Positions 10,601 to 19,492 of a stretch of DNA of 64,000 nt are shown here, piece by piece; position 1 is the first letter of the stretch; each line of letters begins with the position of its first letter. Under the pieces are notes generated by a model that was given only the letters and a program-made list of their open reading frames with translations, was not told where the DNA came from and did not search any database. Source of the DNA: an uncultured Flavobacterium sp. (GTDB taxonomy: Bacteria; Bacteroidota; Bacteroidia; Flavobacteriales; Flavobacteriaceae); NCBI GenBank assembly GCA_963513545.1, contig CAUPQW010000001.1, positions 298,194-362,193 on the forward strand, given 5' to 3'. The translations under genes were made by a program, and so were the position numbers.

Positions 10601-11271
10601 GGTGCAAATTGCTGCACTTTTGGTCCTTTTACAAAAGCAACGTTGTCTTTGTAAGCAGACACAATATCGTTAGGATTTTCCTGAGATGTTTTTTTGATTA
10701 ATTTGAAAAGAGAAGTTTCTTTTTCTTCACCGTCAATTACAAAAGTTCCGTTGAAAATTTTGTGACGGCAGTGCTCTGAATTAGCCTGAGAGAAAGCAAA
10801 AATCTCAGAGTCTGTTAATTTTCTTCCTAGTTTTGTAGCAAGATTATTTAAGTATTCTACTTCTTCTTCGCTTAAAGCTAAACCTTCTACTTTATTGTAA
10901 GTTGCAATATCATCAATCTCCAAAATTGGTTCTGGCTGGATGTTGATAGTGAAAATTTCCTGATCTAATTCGTTGAATTTTTGAGAAAGCATCGGATCAA
11001 AATCAGTAAAATCTTCCGTTGCCGGATGAAATTCTTCAATTCTGATAATGCCCGGAACACCCATGTTTTGAGTGATTTCTACAGCATTTGTACTCCAGGG
11101 AGTGATCATAGTAGCGCGTGGACCAACAAAAAAACCAGTCAATGCAGATTTTTCTATCTTACTTGCGTCGGCAAAAAGCCAGTTTAATTTTGAAATGTCT
11201 TGAGCTGAAATTTCGTTTTGCGTTTGTACGGCAAAAACAGTTTTGCTTTGGTTTTCAAAGAAATGGATCAT
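7618..11271 (-). CDS. purL: phosphoribosylformylglycinamidine (FGAM) synthase, single-chain large form
   Basis: 1217 aa. N-terminal and AIR-synthase-like repeats (SEHCRHKIFN, ETHNFPT, GAATGSGGEIRD, DHGAGG) and a C-terminal glutaminase (GICNGCQ, MMPHIER). Confidence 0.95.
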   Translation of the reverse strand: MIHFFENQSKTVFAVQTQNEISAQDISKLNWLFADASKIEKSALTGFFVGPRATMITPWSTNAVEITQNMGVPGIIRIEEFHPATEDFTDFDPMLSQKFNELDQEIFTINIQPEPILEIDDIATYNKVEGLALSEEEVEYLNNLATKLGRKLTDSEIFAFSQANSEHCRHKIFNGTFVIDGEEKETSLFKLIKKTSQENPNDIVSAYKDNVAFVKGPKVQQFAPKSADKPDFYEIKKFDSVLSLKAETHNFPTTVEPFNGAATGSGGEIRDRLAGGQGSLPLAGTAVYMTSYSRLNNDRKWENALEERKWLYQTPMDILIKASNGASDFGNKFGQPLITGSVLTFEHGENDRKIGYDKVIMQAGGIGYGKLNQAIKHKPQEGDKIVILGGENYRIGMGGAAVSSADTGAFGSGIELNAIQRSNPEMQKRAANAIRGLVESDNNPIVSIHDHGAGGHLNCLSELVEETGGLIDLDKLPVGDPTLSAKEIIGNESQERMGLVIGQKDIDTLQRIADRERSPMYQVGDVTGDHRFTFQSQSNGSKPMDYALEDFFGSSPKTVMTDKTIDRKYADVVYNTADFESYLKDVLRLEAVASKDWLTNKVDRCVGGRVAKQQNAGPLQLPLNNVGVMALDYLGKEGIATSIGHAPIAALIDPVAGSRNAIAESLSNIIWAPIKDGMKGISLSANWMWACKNEGEDARLYAAVEGCSEFAIELGINIPTGKDSLSMKQKYPNDEVIAPGTVIISAGGNCTDIRKVVEPVLQKDGESIYYINLSQDDFKLGGSSFAQIRNTIGNETSTIKDASFFKNAFNTIQELIGESQILAGHDIGSGGLITTLLELCFADVNLGAKIDFSAFAEKDVLKILFAENIGIVFQAKSDATVEAKLKANNIEFFKIGSIQETAVLDLGLWTLDIPTYRDIWFETSYLLDQKQSKNGTAKARFENYKNQVLNYTFPTHFTGKKPEIDNSKPRPKAAIIREKGSNSEREMANAMYLAGFDVKDVHMTDLISGRETLEDIQFIGAVGGFSNSDVLGSAKGWAGAFLYNEKAKTALDNFFKREDTLSVGICNGCQLFMELEVINPEHEVHGKMHHNESQKHESIFTSVTVQENNSVMLSTLAGSTLGVWVSHGEGKFKLPYAEDQYNIVSKYAYEGYPANPNGSDYNTAMLCDKTGRHLVMMPHIERSTFQWNWAYYAKDRNDEVSPWHEAFVNAKKWIEKN

Positions 11272-11317
11272 TTGTGTAGTTTGTTGTTTTGAGGTGCAAA
11301 TTTAGTCAATTCAACTC

Positions 11318-11348
11318 AAAAAAAAAAGCGACAATTTTGTCGCTTTTT
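11318..11348 (-). terminator. hairpin terminator after the nuclease gene (A-run/T-run on both sides)
   Basis: Stem gcgaca/tgtcgc with loop attt, flanked by an A-run (from 11318) and ttttt (11344-11348). Confidence 0.55.
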
Positions 11349-11371
11349 AATTCTGTATCACGTGATTTTTA

Positions 11372-13222
11372 TTAATTGATTATTAATTTTTTAGCCAGTG
11401 TTTTTGAGTCTTTAGTTATTTTAATAATATAGGTGCCTTTTGAAAAACTTTGAACTTCAACTGTTTTCGTGTTAGTATTTTGTCTTTCAAAAACCTTTTG
11501 ACCTACTAAAGAATAAATGGCTATTGAAAAAGATTCATCACTACTATCTTTAAAGTTAATTGTGAATTGGTGTCTTACCGGATTAGGGTAAATTGAAAAT
11601 TCAGCTGCATTAAATTCTTCATTTGACAATTTTACCGCATGACTTCCAAGTCCGGAACAAGTATCTCTAGAATATGAATTCCACTCACCGGTTTTGTTGA
11701 AAGTAGTATTTGGGTTATTAATACCTGGTTTTCTTCTTAATGTTTCATCTATCGCAAAGTTTGGAGATCCTCCGTTAAAAGTTCCGATAATGTCAATCAG
11801 GACATTATTTTTAAATAATCCTATTGGGTCATTACCATTGTATTGAAGATCAGTGCTATTGCTTGATAGGTTAGCATCAGCTATATTATAACAGCTTGTA
11901 GCTGCTAAATTATAAGCAATTACATAAGAAGCACCATCATTAATTGTTCCGGTTAGGGCTAATCCGGATCCCCATGCTCCGGCACCATTTGATTGTTTTT
12001 TAATTGAATAGACAGATAAATCTATTTGAGCACCGGTGAAATTTGAGATTTCTAATACCTTATTATTGCTGCTGCCTTCTATATATTCTGAAAAGAAAAT
12101 TTCAGAGCCTGTATTTCCTCCTCCGGTTGAAGCAGCTGTAACTCCGCTCACAATTGAACTTGGAACTGATGTGTTATTAGAAGCATCTCTGGCAACTACA
12201 TAAAAATTATAAGAGGTAGAAGGGGTAAGTCCCGTAATTGTCGTACTCAGTCCGGTTTCGTTTTGTTTAAAAACCGAATTAACATATACAGCATATCCAG
12301 TAACAGCTACGTTATCTGTCGCAGCCGACCATGTTAAATTAATTGAATTAGAAGTGCTGGATGCTACAGCTAAATTAGTCGGTGCAGTTGGAACAGTTGT
12401 ATCATCTGCTTCTGTAGTCCAGACAGCAGCAACATATTCGGGATGATCAATATAAGGATTACGATTGTTCTGGCGTGCATAGATAGCATTATTACGCGCT
12501 ATTTCGCGGGCGCTTACCGGATCCTGATTGTGCCACGCAAGAAGCTGACTTAAAAATGCAGGAGTAAAAACTTTGTTCGAACTACCATTAAACATAGGAT
12601 ATGAATAACCTGCAACAGTATTCTCATAGCGCGTTGCAAAATAAAAATACATTCTGGCAATATCACCTTTAAATTCATCTATTGGTTCAAAAACGAGTCC
12701 CGAATAACCTGCAGTTGTACTTGCTCCTAATTTGCTTCCGTTTAAACTTGTCTCAGTTGGTGTTGCTACAACCGAATGCGGATAATTAGAGCGGACTCCG
12801 TTTACTTTTCCATCAGTTGGAGTTATAAAATGAGCATCTGAAACCATCGGTGCTTTTTCGTCAAATACAGATTGCGGAATAATGTGTTCTCTGTTGTAGC
12901 AGTCTCCTTCATTTGTATATCCGGCTGATCCGCATCTTTGTGTGGCATCTGCACTGTAATTATAAGGATCATTTCCGTTAGGATTTTCAGAATACATATC
13001 TAATATTGATCCGTCATTTTCATAAAAATTATCAATATCAGATGTCTGATAAGTAACATATAAGCCTGAATAGCCGTTATCCGTGTGATCTTTAATGATA
13101 TTGTACAATTGGGTTTTTAGGGTGTAACCTGTTCCTGTAGCTGTAGAATAATAATTGGCAGGTGCCTGGGCTGAACAAAAAACAGCATAAAGCGTAAAGA
13201 ACAGAATGTAAAATTTCTTCAT
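11372..13222 (-). CDS. secreted endonuclease I family nuclease with Fn3, lamin-tail-like domain and T9SS type-A sorting domain
   Basis: Endonuclease I motifs: CYNREHIIPQSVF, DAHFITPTDGKVNGVRSNYP, FKGDIARMYFYFATRY. Fn3: PTNLAVASSTSNSINLTWSA...YNFYVVARD. LTD-like: IFFSEYIEGSSNNKVLEISN. C-terminal YPNPV...GTYIIKITKDSKTLAKKLIIN. Confidence 0.85.
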   Translation of the reverse strand: MKKFYILFFTLYAVFCSAQAPANYYSTATGTGYTLKTQLYNIIKDHTDNGYSGLYVTYQTSDIDNFYENDGSILDMYSENPNGNDPYNYSADATQRCGSAGYTNEGDCYNREHIIPQSVFDEKAPMVSDAHFITPTDGKVNGVRSNYPHSVVATPTETSLNGSKLGASTTAGYSGLVFEPIDEFKGDIARMYFYFATRYENTVAGYSYPMFNGSSNKVFTPAFLSQLLAWHNQDPVSAREIARNNAIYARQNNRNPYIDHPEYVAAVWTTEADDTTVPTAPTNLAVASSTSNSINLTWSAATDNVAVTGYAVYVNSVFKQNETGLSTTITGLTPSTSYNFYVVARDASNNTSVPSSIVSGVTAASTGGGNTGSEIFFSEYIEGSSNNKVLEISNFTGAQIDLSVYSIKKQSNGAGAWGSGLALTGTINDGASYVIAYNLAATSCYNIADANLSSNSTDLQYNGNDPIGLFKNNVLIDIIGTFNGGSPNFAIDETLRRKPGINNPNTTFNKTGEWNSYSRDTCSGLGSHAVKLSNEEFNAAEFSIYPNPVRHQFTINFKDSSDESFSIAIYSLVGQKVFERQNTNTKTVEVQSFSKGTYIIKITKDSKTLAKKLIIN

Positions 13223-13354
13223 AAAATATTGGTTTGTTTATTGTAATAAAAATGGATACTATGGATTCAAAATTAGTTTACCAAATCTACATATAAGTTA
13301 TGAAAACTTTAATAAAAATATTTTTTGTTATATTTTTTTAAAAATAAGATCTAA

Positions 13355-15208
13355 TTATTTGATTATGATCTTTTTATTAATGGTTTTTGAATCTTTTGTA
13401 ATTTTTATAATATAAGTCCCTTTCGAAAGATGATCTACTGAAATTACAGCATCTGTTAAGTCGGATTTTTCAAATACTTTTAAACCGGTGATAGAAAGAA
13501 TCTCTACTGAATAGGTAGCAGCAGAATTATCTAAAACAATGTTGAAATTTCCGTTAGAAGGGTTTGGGTAAATTATAATGTTATCTGAATCTGAAACAAT
13601 TTCCTCGTCTTCATTTTCAGCAATTAAGGCTTTTTTACTGGCTAAGTTATTACAGGTATCTGTTGTATACGAATCCCATTGTGAACTCAAATTAAAAGTA
13701 GTGCTTGGAGAGGTGACAGTCGATTTTCTTCTCAAAGTTACATCTATAGCAAAATTGGCTGTTCCTCCGCTAAAAGTTCCGATGATGTCAATTAAAACAC
13801 CGTTTTTGAATAAACCTACAGCATCATTTCCGTTGAAAGTTAATTCAGTAGCTGTTGTTGAAATATTAGCCGAACTTGTAGAAAAACAACTTGAAGAAAT
13901 AGAACTGTTTACAATTACAAATTTGCTTCCGGTTGCTAAAGTTCCGCTTAAAGCTAAGCCAGTACTCCAGGAACCTGCACCATTCGTTTGTTTTTTGATA
14001 GTATAAGCAGATAAGCTTACGGAACTTCCTGTATTGTTGGCAATTTCTAAAGCTTTGTTATTTCCGGAACCTTCAATGTATTCAGAGAAAAGTAAATCTG
14101 TTGCTGTTCCTGTTCCGCTGCTGTTGGTTGTAACCGAAATGGTATTGCTTGACGCAGAAGTATTTCCGGCTGCATCTTTTGCTTTTACATAAATAGAATA
14201 AGCAGTCGAAGCTGTTAAACCAGTAATTGTAGCTGTTGTTCCAGAAACCGTGGTTTTTAAAATGCTGTTTGCATAAACATCATAACCTGTAACGGCAACA
14301 TTATCTGTAGAGGCATTCCACGAAAGTGAAATAGTAGTCGAAGTTTTTGAAGTCGAAGCCAAACTCGTTGGGGCAGTTGGTGCCTGACTGTCTCCTGAAG
14401 AAGCTCCGCCCCAAATTTGGTTTACATATTCCGGATGGTCAATAAAAGGGTTTCTGTTGTTCTGACGTGCATAAATAGCATTGTTTCTCGCAATTTCTCT
14501 CGCGCTCACTGGGTCTTGTGCGTGCCAGGCTAAAAGAACATTTAAAAAGGCAGTTGTAAATACTTTATTGCTTGAACCATCAAACATTGGAAAGGAATAA
14601 CCTGCTACTGTGTTTTCATATCGTGTCGCAAAATAAAAATACATTCTGGCAATATCTCCTTTAAAAGCGTTTACGGGTTCGAAAACAGTTCCTGAATAAC
14701 CGGATACAGAACTTGATCCTAGTTTGCTTCCGTTTTGAGAAGTATAAGTAGCTGAATTTACAGTTCCGTGTGGATAATTAGAACGGATCCCGTTTACTTT
14801 TCCGTCAGTTGGTGTAATAAAATGCGCATCGGCAACCATTGGTGATGCTTCATTAAAAACCGATTGCGGAATAATATGCTCTCTGTTGTAACAATCACCT
14901 TCAACAGAATAACTGCCGCATCGTTGTGTTGTTCCGGTAGTGTAATTGTAAGGGTCTGTACCTGATGGATTTTCAGAATACATATCTAAAATTGTTCCGT
15001 CGTTTTCGTAAAAATTATCAACGTCAGAAGTTAAATAAGTCGTATAAAGTCCGGCATAACCATTATTGGTATGACCTTTAATAATGTTGTACAATTGTGT
15101 TTTTAAAGTATAACCGGTTCCCGTTGCAGTATTGTAATAACCTGAAGGGATTTGAGCAAAACCGAATGTAATGCATAGTAATAATGAAATGGAGTAGAGT
15201 TTTTTCAT
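13355..15208 (-). CDS. secreted endonuclease I family nuclease, tandem paralog of 11372-13222
   Basis: Same domain order. The N-terminal ~270 aa are nearly collinear with the neighbour (GYTLKTQLYNIIKGHTNNGY..., CYNREHIIPQSVF, FKGDIARMYFYFATRY). T9SS tail: YPNPSNGNFNIVL...GTYIIKITKDSKTINKKIIIK. Confidence 0.85.
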   Translation of the reverse strand: MKKLYSISLLLCITFGFAQIPSGYYNTATGTGYTLKTQLYNIIKGHTNNGYAGLYTTYLTSDVDNFYENDGTILDMYSENPSGTDPYNYTTGTTQRCGSYSVEGDCYNREHIIPQSVFNEASPMVADAHFITPTDGKVNGIRSNYPHGTVNSATYTSQNGSKLGSSSVSGYSGTVFEPVNAFKGDIARMYFYFATRYENTVAGYSFPMFDGSSNKVFTTAFLNVLLAWHAQDPVSAREIARNNAIYARQNNRNPFIDHPEYVNQIWGGASSGDSQAPTAPTSLASTSKTSTTISLSWNASTDNVAVTGYDVYANSILKTTVSGTTATITGLTASTAYSIYVKAKDAAGNTSASSNTISVTTNSSGTGTATDLLFSEYIEGSGNNKALEIANNTGSSVSLSAYTIKKQTNGAGSWSTGLALSGTLATGSKFVIVNSSISSSCFSTSSANISTTATELTFNGNDAVGLFKNGVLIDIIGTFSGGTANFAIDVTLRRKSTVTSPSTTFNLSSQWDSYTTDTCNNLASKKALIAENEDEEIVSDSDNIIIYPNPSNGNFNIVLDNSAATYSVEILSITGLKVFEKSDLTDAVISVDHLSKGTYIIKITKDSKTINKKIIIK

Positions 15209-15385
15209 AAAAAAAGTTTAAGGTTAATTTGGGTAAATGATTAAATTAATCCTTTAACATATTGGTTGTTAAAGTTTTAATTTGCCAAATTTACTGTTTT
15301 TATGAATACACAGTGTTAAGCGATGTTTAATTTTAGATATATTTTCTTACGATGATTTGTTGCTGCGAAAACGCAACGGAATTAA

Positions 15386-15970
15386 TCATTTTTTAGCGGA
15401 TATTTTTTTTATCGTTTTTTGATATTCTTTTTCATATTTACTGCTGCCGTCGTCGGTGATTTCGATTTTGTAATCATGAATTTTATTGTTTTTGATGCTA
15501 TAGAACCCGGTCCAGTTTGTGCCGGACATCACATGGCTTTCAATAATTTTGTACTTTGAATTGTAGGAAGGGTTTTTAATTTCTTCAAATCCTTTAACTT
15601 TTTTGAAACTATTAGTTTTTGAATTGTATAAATATAAAGTATAAGTCCAGTTACTTCTGACATCAGAAATATTTTGAATCAAAATATCTTTAATACTATC
15701 GTTGTTGTAATCCTGGAATTTTATTTCCTGTAAAAGACTAAAAATGGAGTCTTTTATCAGGACATGATTTTTGCCATTCAGTTTTTTGCTGATAGTTAGA
15801 ATTGAATTTTTTTCACCGAAATAACCTTGTTGTTCAGTTTCAAAAGTTTTTAATTTTATTGTAATTCCCTTGCCTTTATAAATAGAATCACACTTAATCG
15901 TTTTGGTGTTCTGTGTAAATGCATTAATGTAAGCTAGAATAAAAGCTGCAATCAATAGACTTCTTTTCAT
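15386..15970 (-). CDS. hypothetical secreted protein
   Basis: 194-aa ORF with signal-like MKRSLLIAAFILAYINAFTQ. No family recognised. Confidence 0.55.
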   Translation of the reverse strand: MKRSLLIAAFILAYINAFTQNTKTIKCDSIYKGKGITIKLKTFETEQQGYFGEKNSILTISKKLNGKNHVLIKDSIFSLLQEIKFQDYNNDSIKDILIQNISDVRSNWTYTLYLYNSKTNSFKKVKGFEEIKNPSYNSKYKIIESHVMSGTNWTGFYSIKNNKIHDYKIEITDDGSSKYEKEYQKTIKKISAKK

Positions 15971-16030
15971 TTGAATAGAATTTAAAGCTTTGACGTAAAA
16001 AAAACTCCGAGCCTTAGCCTAAGAAAAAAA

Positions 16031-17542
16031 CTATTTCGGAAAGTCTTTATTCTGATAAGCACCCAAATCGGGAGGAGAAGTTCTGGTAGTGCCAATAATG
16101 TCTAACGGAATTATATATGCCTGGTTTCCTTTTGCGAAAGCGGCAGAAGTTTTGTCAATGTTAAGTTTATTCAGATTGACATTAAAAAACTTTGGATTTT
16201 CGTTTAAAATAATAGCGTTATAATGTGCTGTATCTGTGCTGAATTGATAGTCGGGATTTGAAGTGTTGCCGAATTTCAGTAAACAATTATTTAACTGATA
16301 AACAAAACCACTATTACTATTTTTGTCTAAATTGAATTCGTTGGTATTCGAACCATAAATGATGCAATTGTTAAAAGTAGCCTGAGTCAGCGGCTTGGTT
16401 TCGGGTGTTGCTCCAGCCAGTTTGTTGCTCAAATTAACTGCAAATTGTTGTCCGCCGGACCAAGTGTTGTTAAATGTACAATGCGTAAATTTATAATCAC
16501 CTCCGTAAACGCATGATAAAGCTGCTAAACCGGCATAATTGATAACGATATTTTCTCCGTTAATTTTAGCATTTTGCGCCAGAATTCCATAATTGGAACA
16601 ATTGTAAATTTGTGTGTTCGTAATTTGAAAAGCGGTAGGATCCTGATTTCTTATATCCAGACCAATTTTGGCATTCTTTAAAGTGAGATGATTTATAGCA
16701 TGATTTGTACTTTCATTAGCGAAAATAACCGAATTCCATTGCCCGGGAATATCAGAGAATTCAGGCTCTAACCGATCTCCTTCAAAAATAACTTCATTTT
16801 CCAGTTTAGAGGTTGATGAAATGTTTCCGTTGATTTGCAGGGAAGCATTTTTGTCAACAAAAAGACCTGAATTGGCATGAAAATGAATTCTTGCACCAGC
16901 CTCAAAAGTAACGGTTTTGTTTTCCGGAACTCCGGCATATCCGTAAATAACGTAAGGTTTTTGTTTGGTAAAAAGCAATTCGTTTCCGTTTGTTTCGTCA
17001 TTTTCTTCAAGAAAAAATCCATCAACATCTTTGCCGTCAATCTGGATTTTCTCTTTAGTTCCATCGGTGTTTTGTTTTGGATATAAAAAAACGGCATCCT
17101 GAATCAGAGTTACCAAAGCTACTTTTTGAAGATTTGAGCCACTGTCAAACTGGATTTCATCAGTATATAAAAAGTCAGTCGGATTAGCATCGGTAATGTC
17201 TGCAGTAGTTTCAACAAAAATATATAAGCTGTCTTTTGCCAATAGAGTGATGTTGTTGAATATTTTACCATTGTTTCCGTTCATTCCGTCAACAGTCATT
17301 CTGTATTTTGAACTTAATCCGTTTTTAAGTTGAATTACTGGAATATTGATGTCTTCTTTACTTCGATTGTATACTTTTAGGTTATAAGTGCTTGAACCTA
17401 TGTTTTTAAAAACAGTATCTAAATAAACGGTGTCTTTTGAGAATTTTAAGTCTCCTGTGCTGGCAACGGTGTCAAAATCGGTTCGGCATGAACTCGCTGC
17501 TAAAAGTATTCCGAAAATGAAGAGAACAAAATAATGACGCAT
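16031..17542 (-). CDS. lipoprotein with probable right-handed beta-helix repeats
   Basis: The likely start is the internal Met (MRHYFVLFIFGILLAASSC, lipobox Cys) rather than the track start at 17569. Periodic N/I/G-rich repeats: ITNTQIYNCSNYGILAQNAKINGENIVIN, ATFNNCIIYGSNTN, YQLNNCLLKFGN. Confidence 0.6.
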   Translation of the reverse strand: MRHYFVLFIFGILLAASSCRTDFDTVASTGDLKFSKDTVYLDTVFKNIGSSTYNLKVYNRSKEDINIPVIQLKNGLSSKYRMTVDGMNGNNGKIFNNITLLAKDSLYIFVETTADITDANPTDFLYTDEIQFDSGSNLQKVALVTLIQDAVFLYPKQNTDGTKEKIQIDGKDVDGFFLEENDETNGNELLFTKQKPYVIYGYAGVPENKTVTFEAGARIHFHANSGLFVDKNASLQINGNISSTSKLENEVIFEGDRLEPEFSDIPGQWNSVIFANESTNHAINHLTLKNAKIGLDIRNQDPTAFQITNTQIYNCSNYGILAQNAKINGENIVINYAGLAALSCVYGGDYKFTHCTFNNTWSGGQQFAVNLSNKLAGATPETKPLTQATFNNCIIYGSNTNEFNLDKNSNSGFVYQLNNCLLKFGNTSNPDYQFSTDTAHYNAIILNENPKFFNVNLNKLNIDKTSAAFAKGNQAYIIPLDIIGTTRTSPPDLGAYQNKDFPK

Positions 17543-17668
17543 TTGAATTGTTTTTTGTAAAAATAGCAAAAATCTTATAGGTTGAAAGCGGATTTTTAAT
17601 TTTAGAATTGCTTTTTCCGATTTGTATCTTTTCTTTTCTTTAATTTTACGATTTTAAAGCTGATTTTA

Positions 17669-18100
17669 ATGAATTATACAAAAGAGCAAATTATAGCGTA
17701 TTGCAATGAGTTTTCGAAAAACACATTAATGGAAACGCTAAAAATAGAATATATAGATGCCGGAGAAGATTTTTTAGTTGCCAAAATGCCCGTAAATCCT
17801 TCAGTTCATCAGCCAATGGGGCTTTTGCATGGAGGTGCTTCGGTAGCTCTGGCAGAAAGTGTGGGCAGTGCAGCATCATATTTTTTTATCAACGCAAAAG
17901 AACAGGAAGTACGTGGAATAGAAATTTCAGCAAATCACTTAAAAAGTATCCGTGAAGGAGTTGTTTTTGGTACAGCCCGCATTATTCATAAAGGAAGAAG
18001 TCTTCATCTTTGGGAAATTAAAATTACCGATGAAGCCGGAAATCTGATTTCGCTTTGTAAACTGACGAATATGGTTTTGGATAAAAAGAAAGCAGAATAG
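17669..18100 (+). CDS. hotdog-fold (PaaI/YdiI-type) thioesterase, probably DHNA-CoA hydrolase of menaquinone synthesis
   Basis: 143 aa with GLLHGGASVALAESVGS, typical of PaaI-family thioesterases. Lies 2 nt upstream of an isochorismate synthase gene. Confidence 0.7.
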   Translation: MNYTKEQIIAYCNEFSKNTLMETLKIEYIDAGEDFLVAKMPVNPSVHQPMGLLHGGASVALAESVGSAASYFFINAKEQEVRGIEISANHLKSIREGVVFGTARIIHKGRSLHLWEIKITDEAGNLISLCKLTNMVLDKKKAE

Positions 18101-18102
18101 TA

Positions 18103-19185
18103 ATGAATACGAATATTTTTTTTTCCAAAATAAAACATCATCACAATCAAAATTTACCTTTTGTACTTTATTCAAAGCCCAATAGCTCAAATCTTATTGG
18201 GATTTTACAGCAAAATGATATTTTGTATAAAGTTTCGGATTATAGCGAGAAAGGATTTGTTTTTGCTTCTTTTGATGAAAAACAACTGATTTTAATTCCG
18301 GAAAATGAATCGGAAATTATTAGTATTGATAAAGAAATAACAACATTTGAATTGATTGAAGCTGATGATCTGAATTTGAATCATGAAGCGAAAAAACAAT
18401 ATCAGGATTTAGTTTCAAAAGGAATTGAAGCCATTAAAAATGATGAATTTAAAAAAGTAGTTTTATCCAGAAGTGAAACTGTAGAGGTAACTGAATTTGA
18501 TTTTGTAGCAACGTTCCAGCATTTGGTTCAGTTATACCCGACTACTTTTTGTTATTGTTTTTTTCATCCGAAAATTGGATTCTGGATGGGAGCAACGCCC
18601 GAACAATTGCTAAAAGCGAACGGAAATATTTTTGAAACCACAGCTTTGGCCGGGACTCAAAAAGCAAATTCTGAAACTGAAATTCGTTGGGAGCAAAAAG
18701 AAAAAGAGGAACAACAATATGTAACTGATTTTATTATAAAGCGATTGAGGGAAGTTGCAAATTCAGTGATGGTTACAGAACCTTATAGTATTAAAGCGGG
18801 ATCAATCTGGCATATTAAAACGGATATTTCCGGAGTTTTAAATAGAAAATCAACTTTAGAAGAAGTAATCGATACACTTCATCCAACTCCGGCAGTTTGT
18901 GGTTTGCCAAAGAAAAAAGCCAAAGCATTTATTTTGGAAAATGAAAATTATGACAGAACTTTTTATACAGGCTTTCTAGGAGAATTAAATAGCAGTTTTG
19001 CAGGAAATGATATAAGTTCTGATTTATTTGTAAATCTACGAAGCATGCAAATTCAGAAAAACAAAGCCGTTTTGTACATGGGCTGTGGAATTACAAAAGA
19101 AAGTATTCCAGAAAAGGAGTGGGAGGAAAGTGTCAACAAATCGATGACAATGAAAAGAGTTTTAAGAATAAAGAATAAAGAATAA
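18103..19185 (+). CDS. menF: isochorismate synthase
   Basis: Chorismate-binding motifs GATPEQLLK, TALAGT, LHPTPAVCGLP, YTGFLGE. The stop codon lies inside the heptamer repeat. Confidence 0.8.
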   Translation: MNTNIFFSKIKHHHNQNLPFVLYSKPNSSNLIGILQQNDILYKVSDYSEKGFVFASFDEKQLILIPENESEIISIDKEITTFELIEADDLNLNHEAKKQYQDLVSKGIEAIKNDEFKKVVLSRSETVEVTEFDFVATFQHLVQLYPTTFCYCFFHPKIGFWMGATPEQLLKANGNIFETTALAGTQKANSETEIRWEQKEKEEQQYVTDFIIKRLREVANSVMVTEPYSIKAGSIWHIKTDISGVLNRKSTLEEVIDTLHPTPAVCGLPKKKAKAFILENENYDRTFYTGFLGELNSSFAGNDISSDLFVNLRSMQIQKNKAVLYMGCGITKESIPEKEWEESVNKSMTMKRVLRIKNKE

Positions 19186-19387
19186 AGAATAAAGAATAAA
19201 GAATAAAGAATAAAGAATAAAGAATAAAGAATAAAGAATTAAGAATTAAGAATAAAGAATTAAGAATTAAGAATAAAGAATAAAGAATAAAGAATAAAGA
19301 ATAAAGAATAAAGAATTAAGAATAAAGAATTAAGAATTAAGAATTAAGAATTAAGAATTAAGAATTAAGAATTAAGAATTAAGAATG
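19164..19387. repeat. 7-bp tandem repeat (AAGAATA / AAGAATT), about 32 units
   Basis: Hand-parsed unit order: 10xAAGAATA, 2xAAGAATT, 1xA-type, 2xT-type, 6xA-type, 1xT-type, 1xA-type, 8xT-type, then AAGAATG. Followed by shorter direct repeats (ttgatttttgaa x3-4, cttgccattgccattg) up to the bshB1 start. Confidence 0.95.
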
Positions 19388-19492
19388 TTGTTAAAATCAA
19401 TTTTAGTTTTCAAAGTTGAGATTGAATTGATTTTTGAATTGATTTTTGAACTTGATTTTTGAACTTGCCATTGCCATTGAATTTGATAAATT

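Noticed and set aside
13578-14006. 142-aa plus-strand ORF inside the second nuclease gene
   Set aside because: Antisense shadow ORF of a well-supported CDS. The repetitive Leu/Val/Lys content mirrors the Ser/Thr/Asn-rich sense strand.
16768-17097. 109-aa minus-strand ORF and 69-aa plus-strand ORF nested in the beta-helix lipoprotein gene
   Set aside because: They are alternative-frame or antisense ORFs inside a longer ORF with a coherent repeat pattern and a lipoprotein signal.
19164-19387. Repeat array considered as a CRISPR or a coding repeat
   Set aside because: The units are 7 bp and contiguous with no spacers. Every frame hits a stop within 21 bp, so it is neither a CRISPR nor protein-coding beyond the menF terminal codons.
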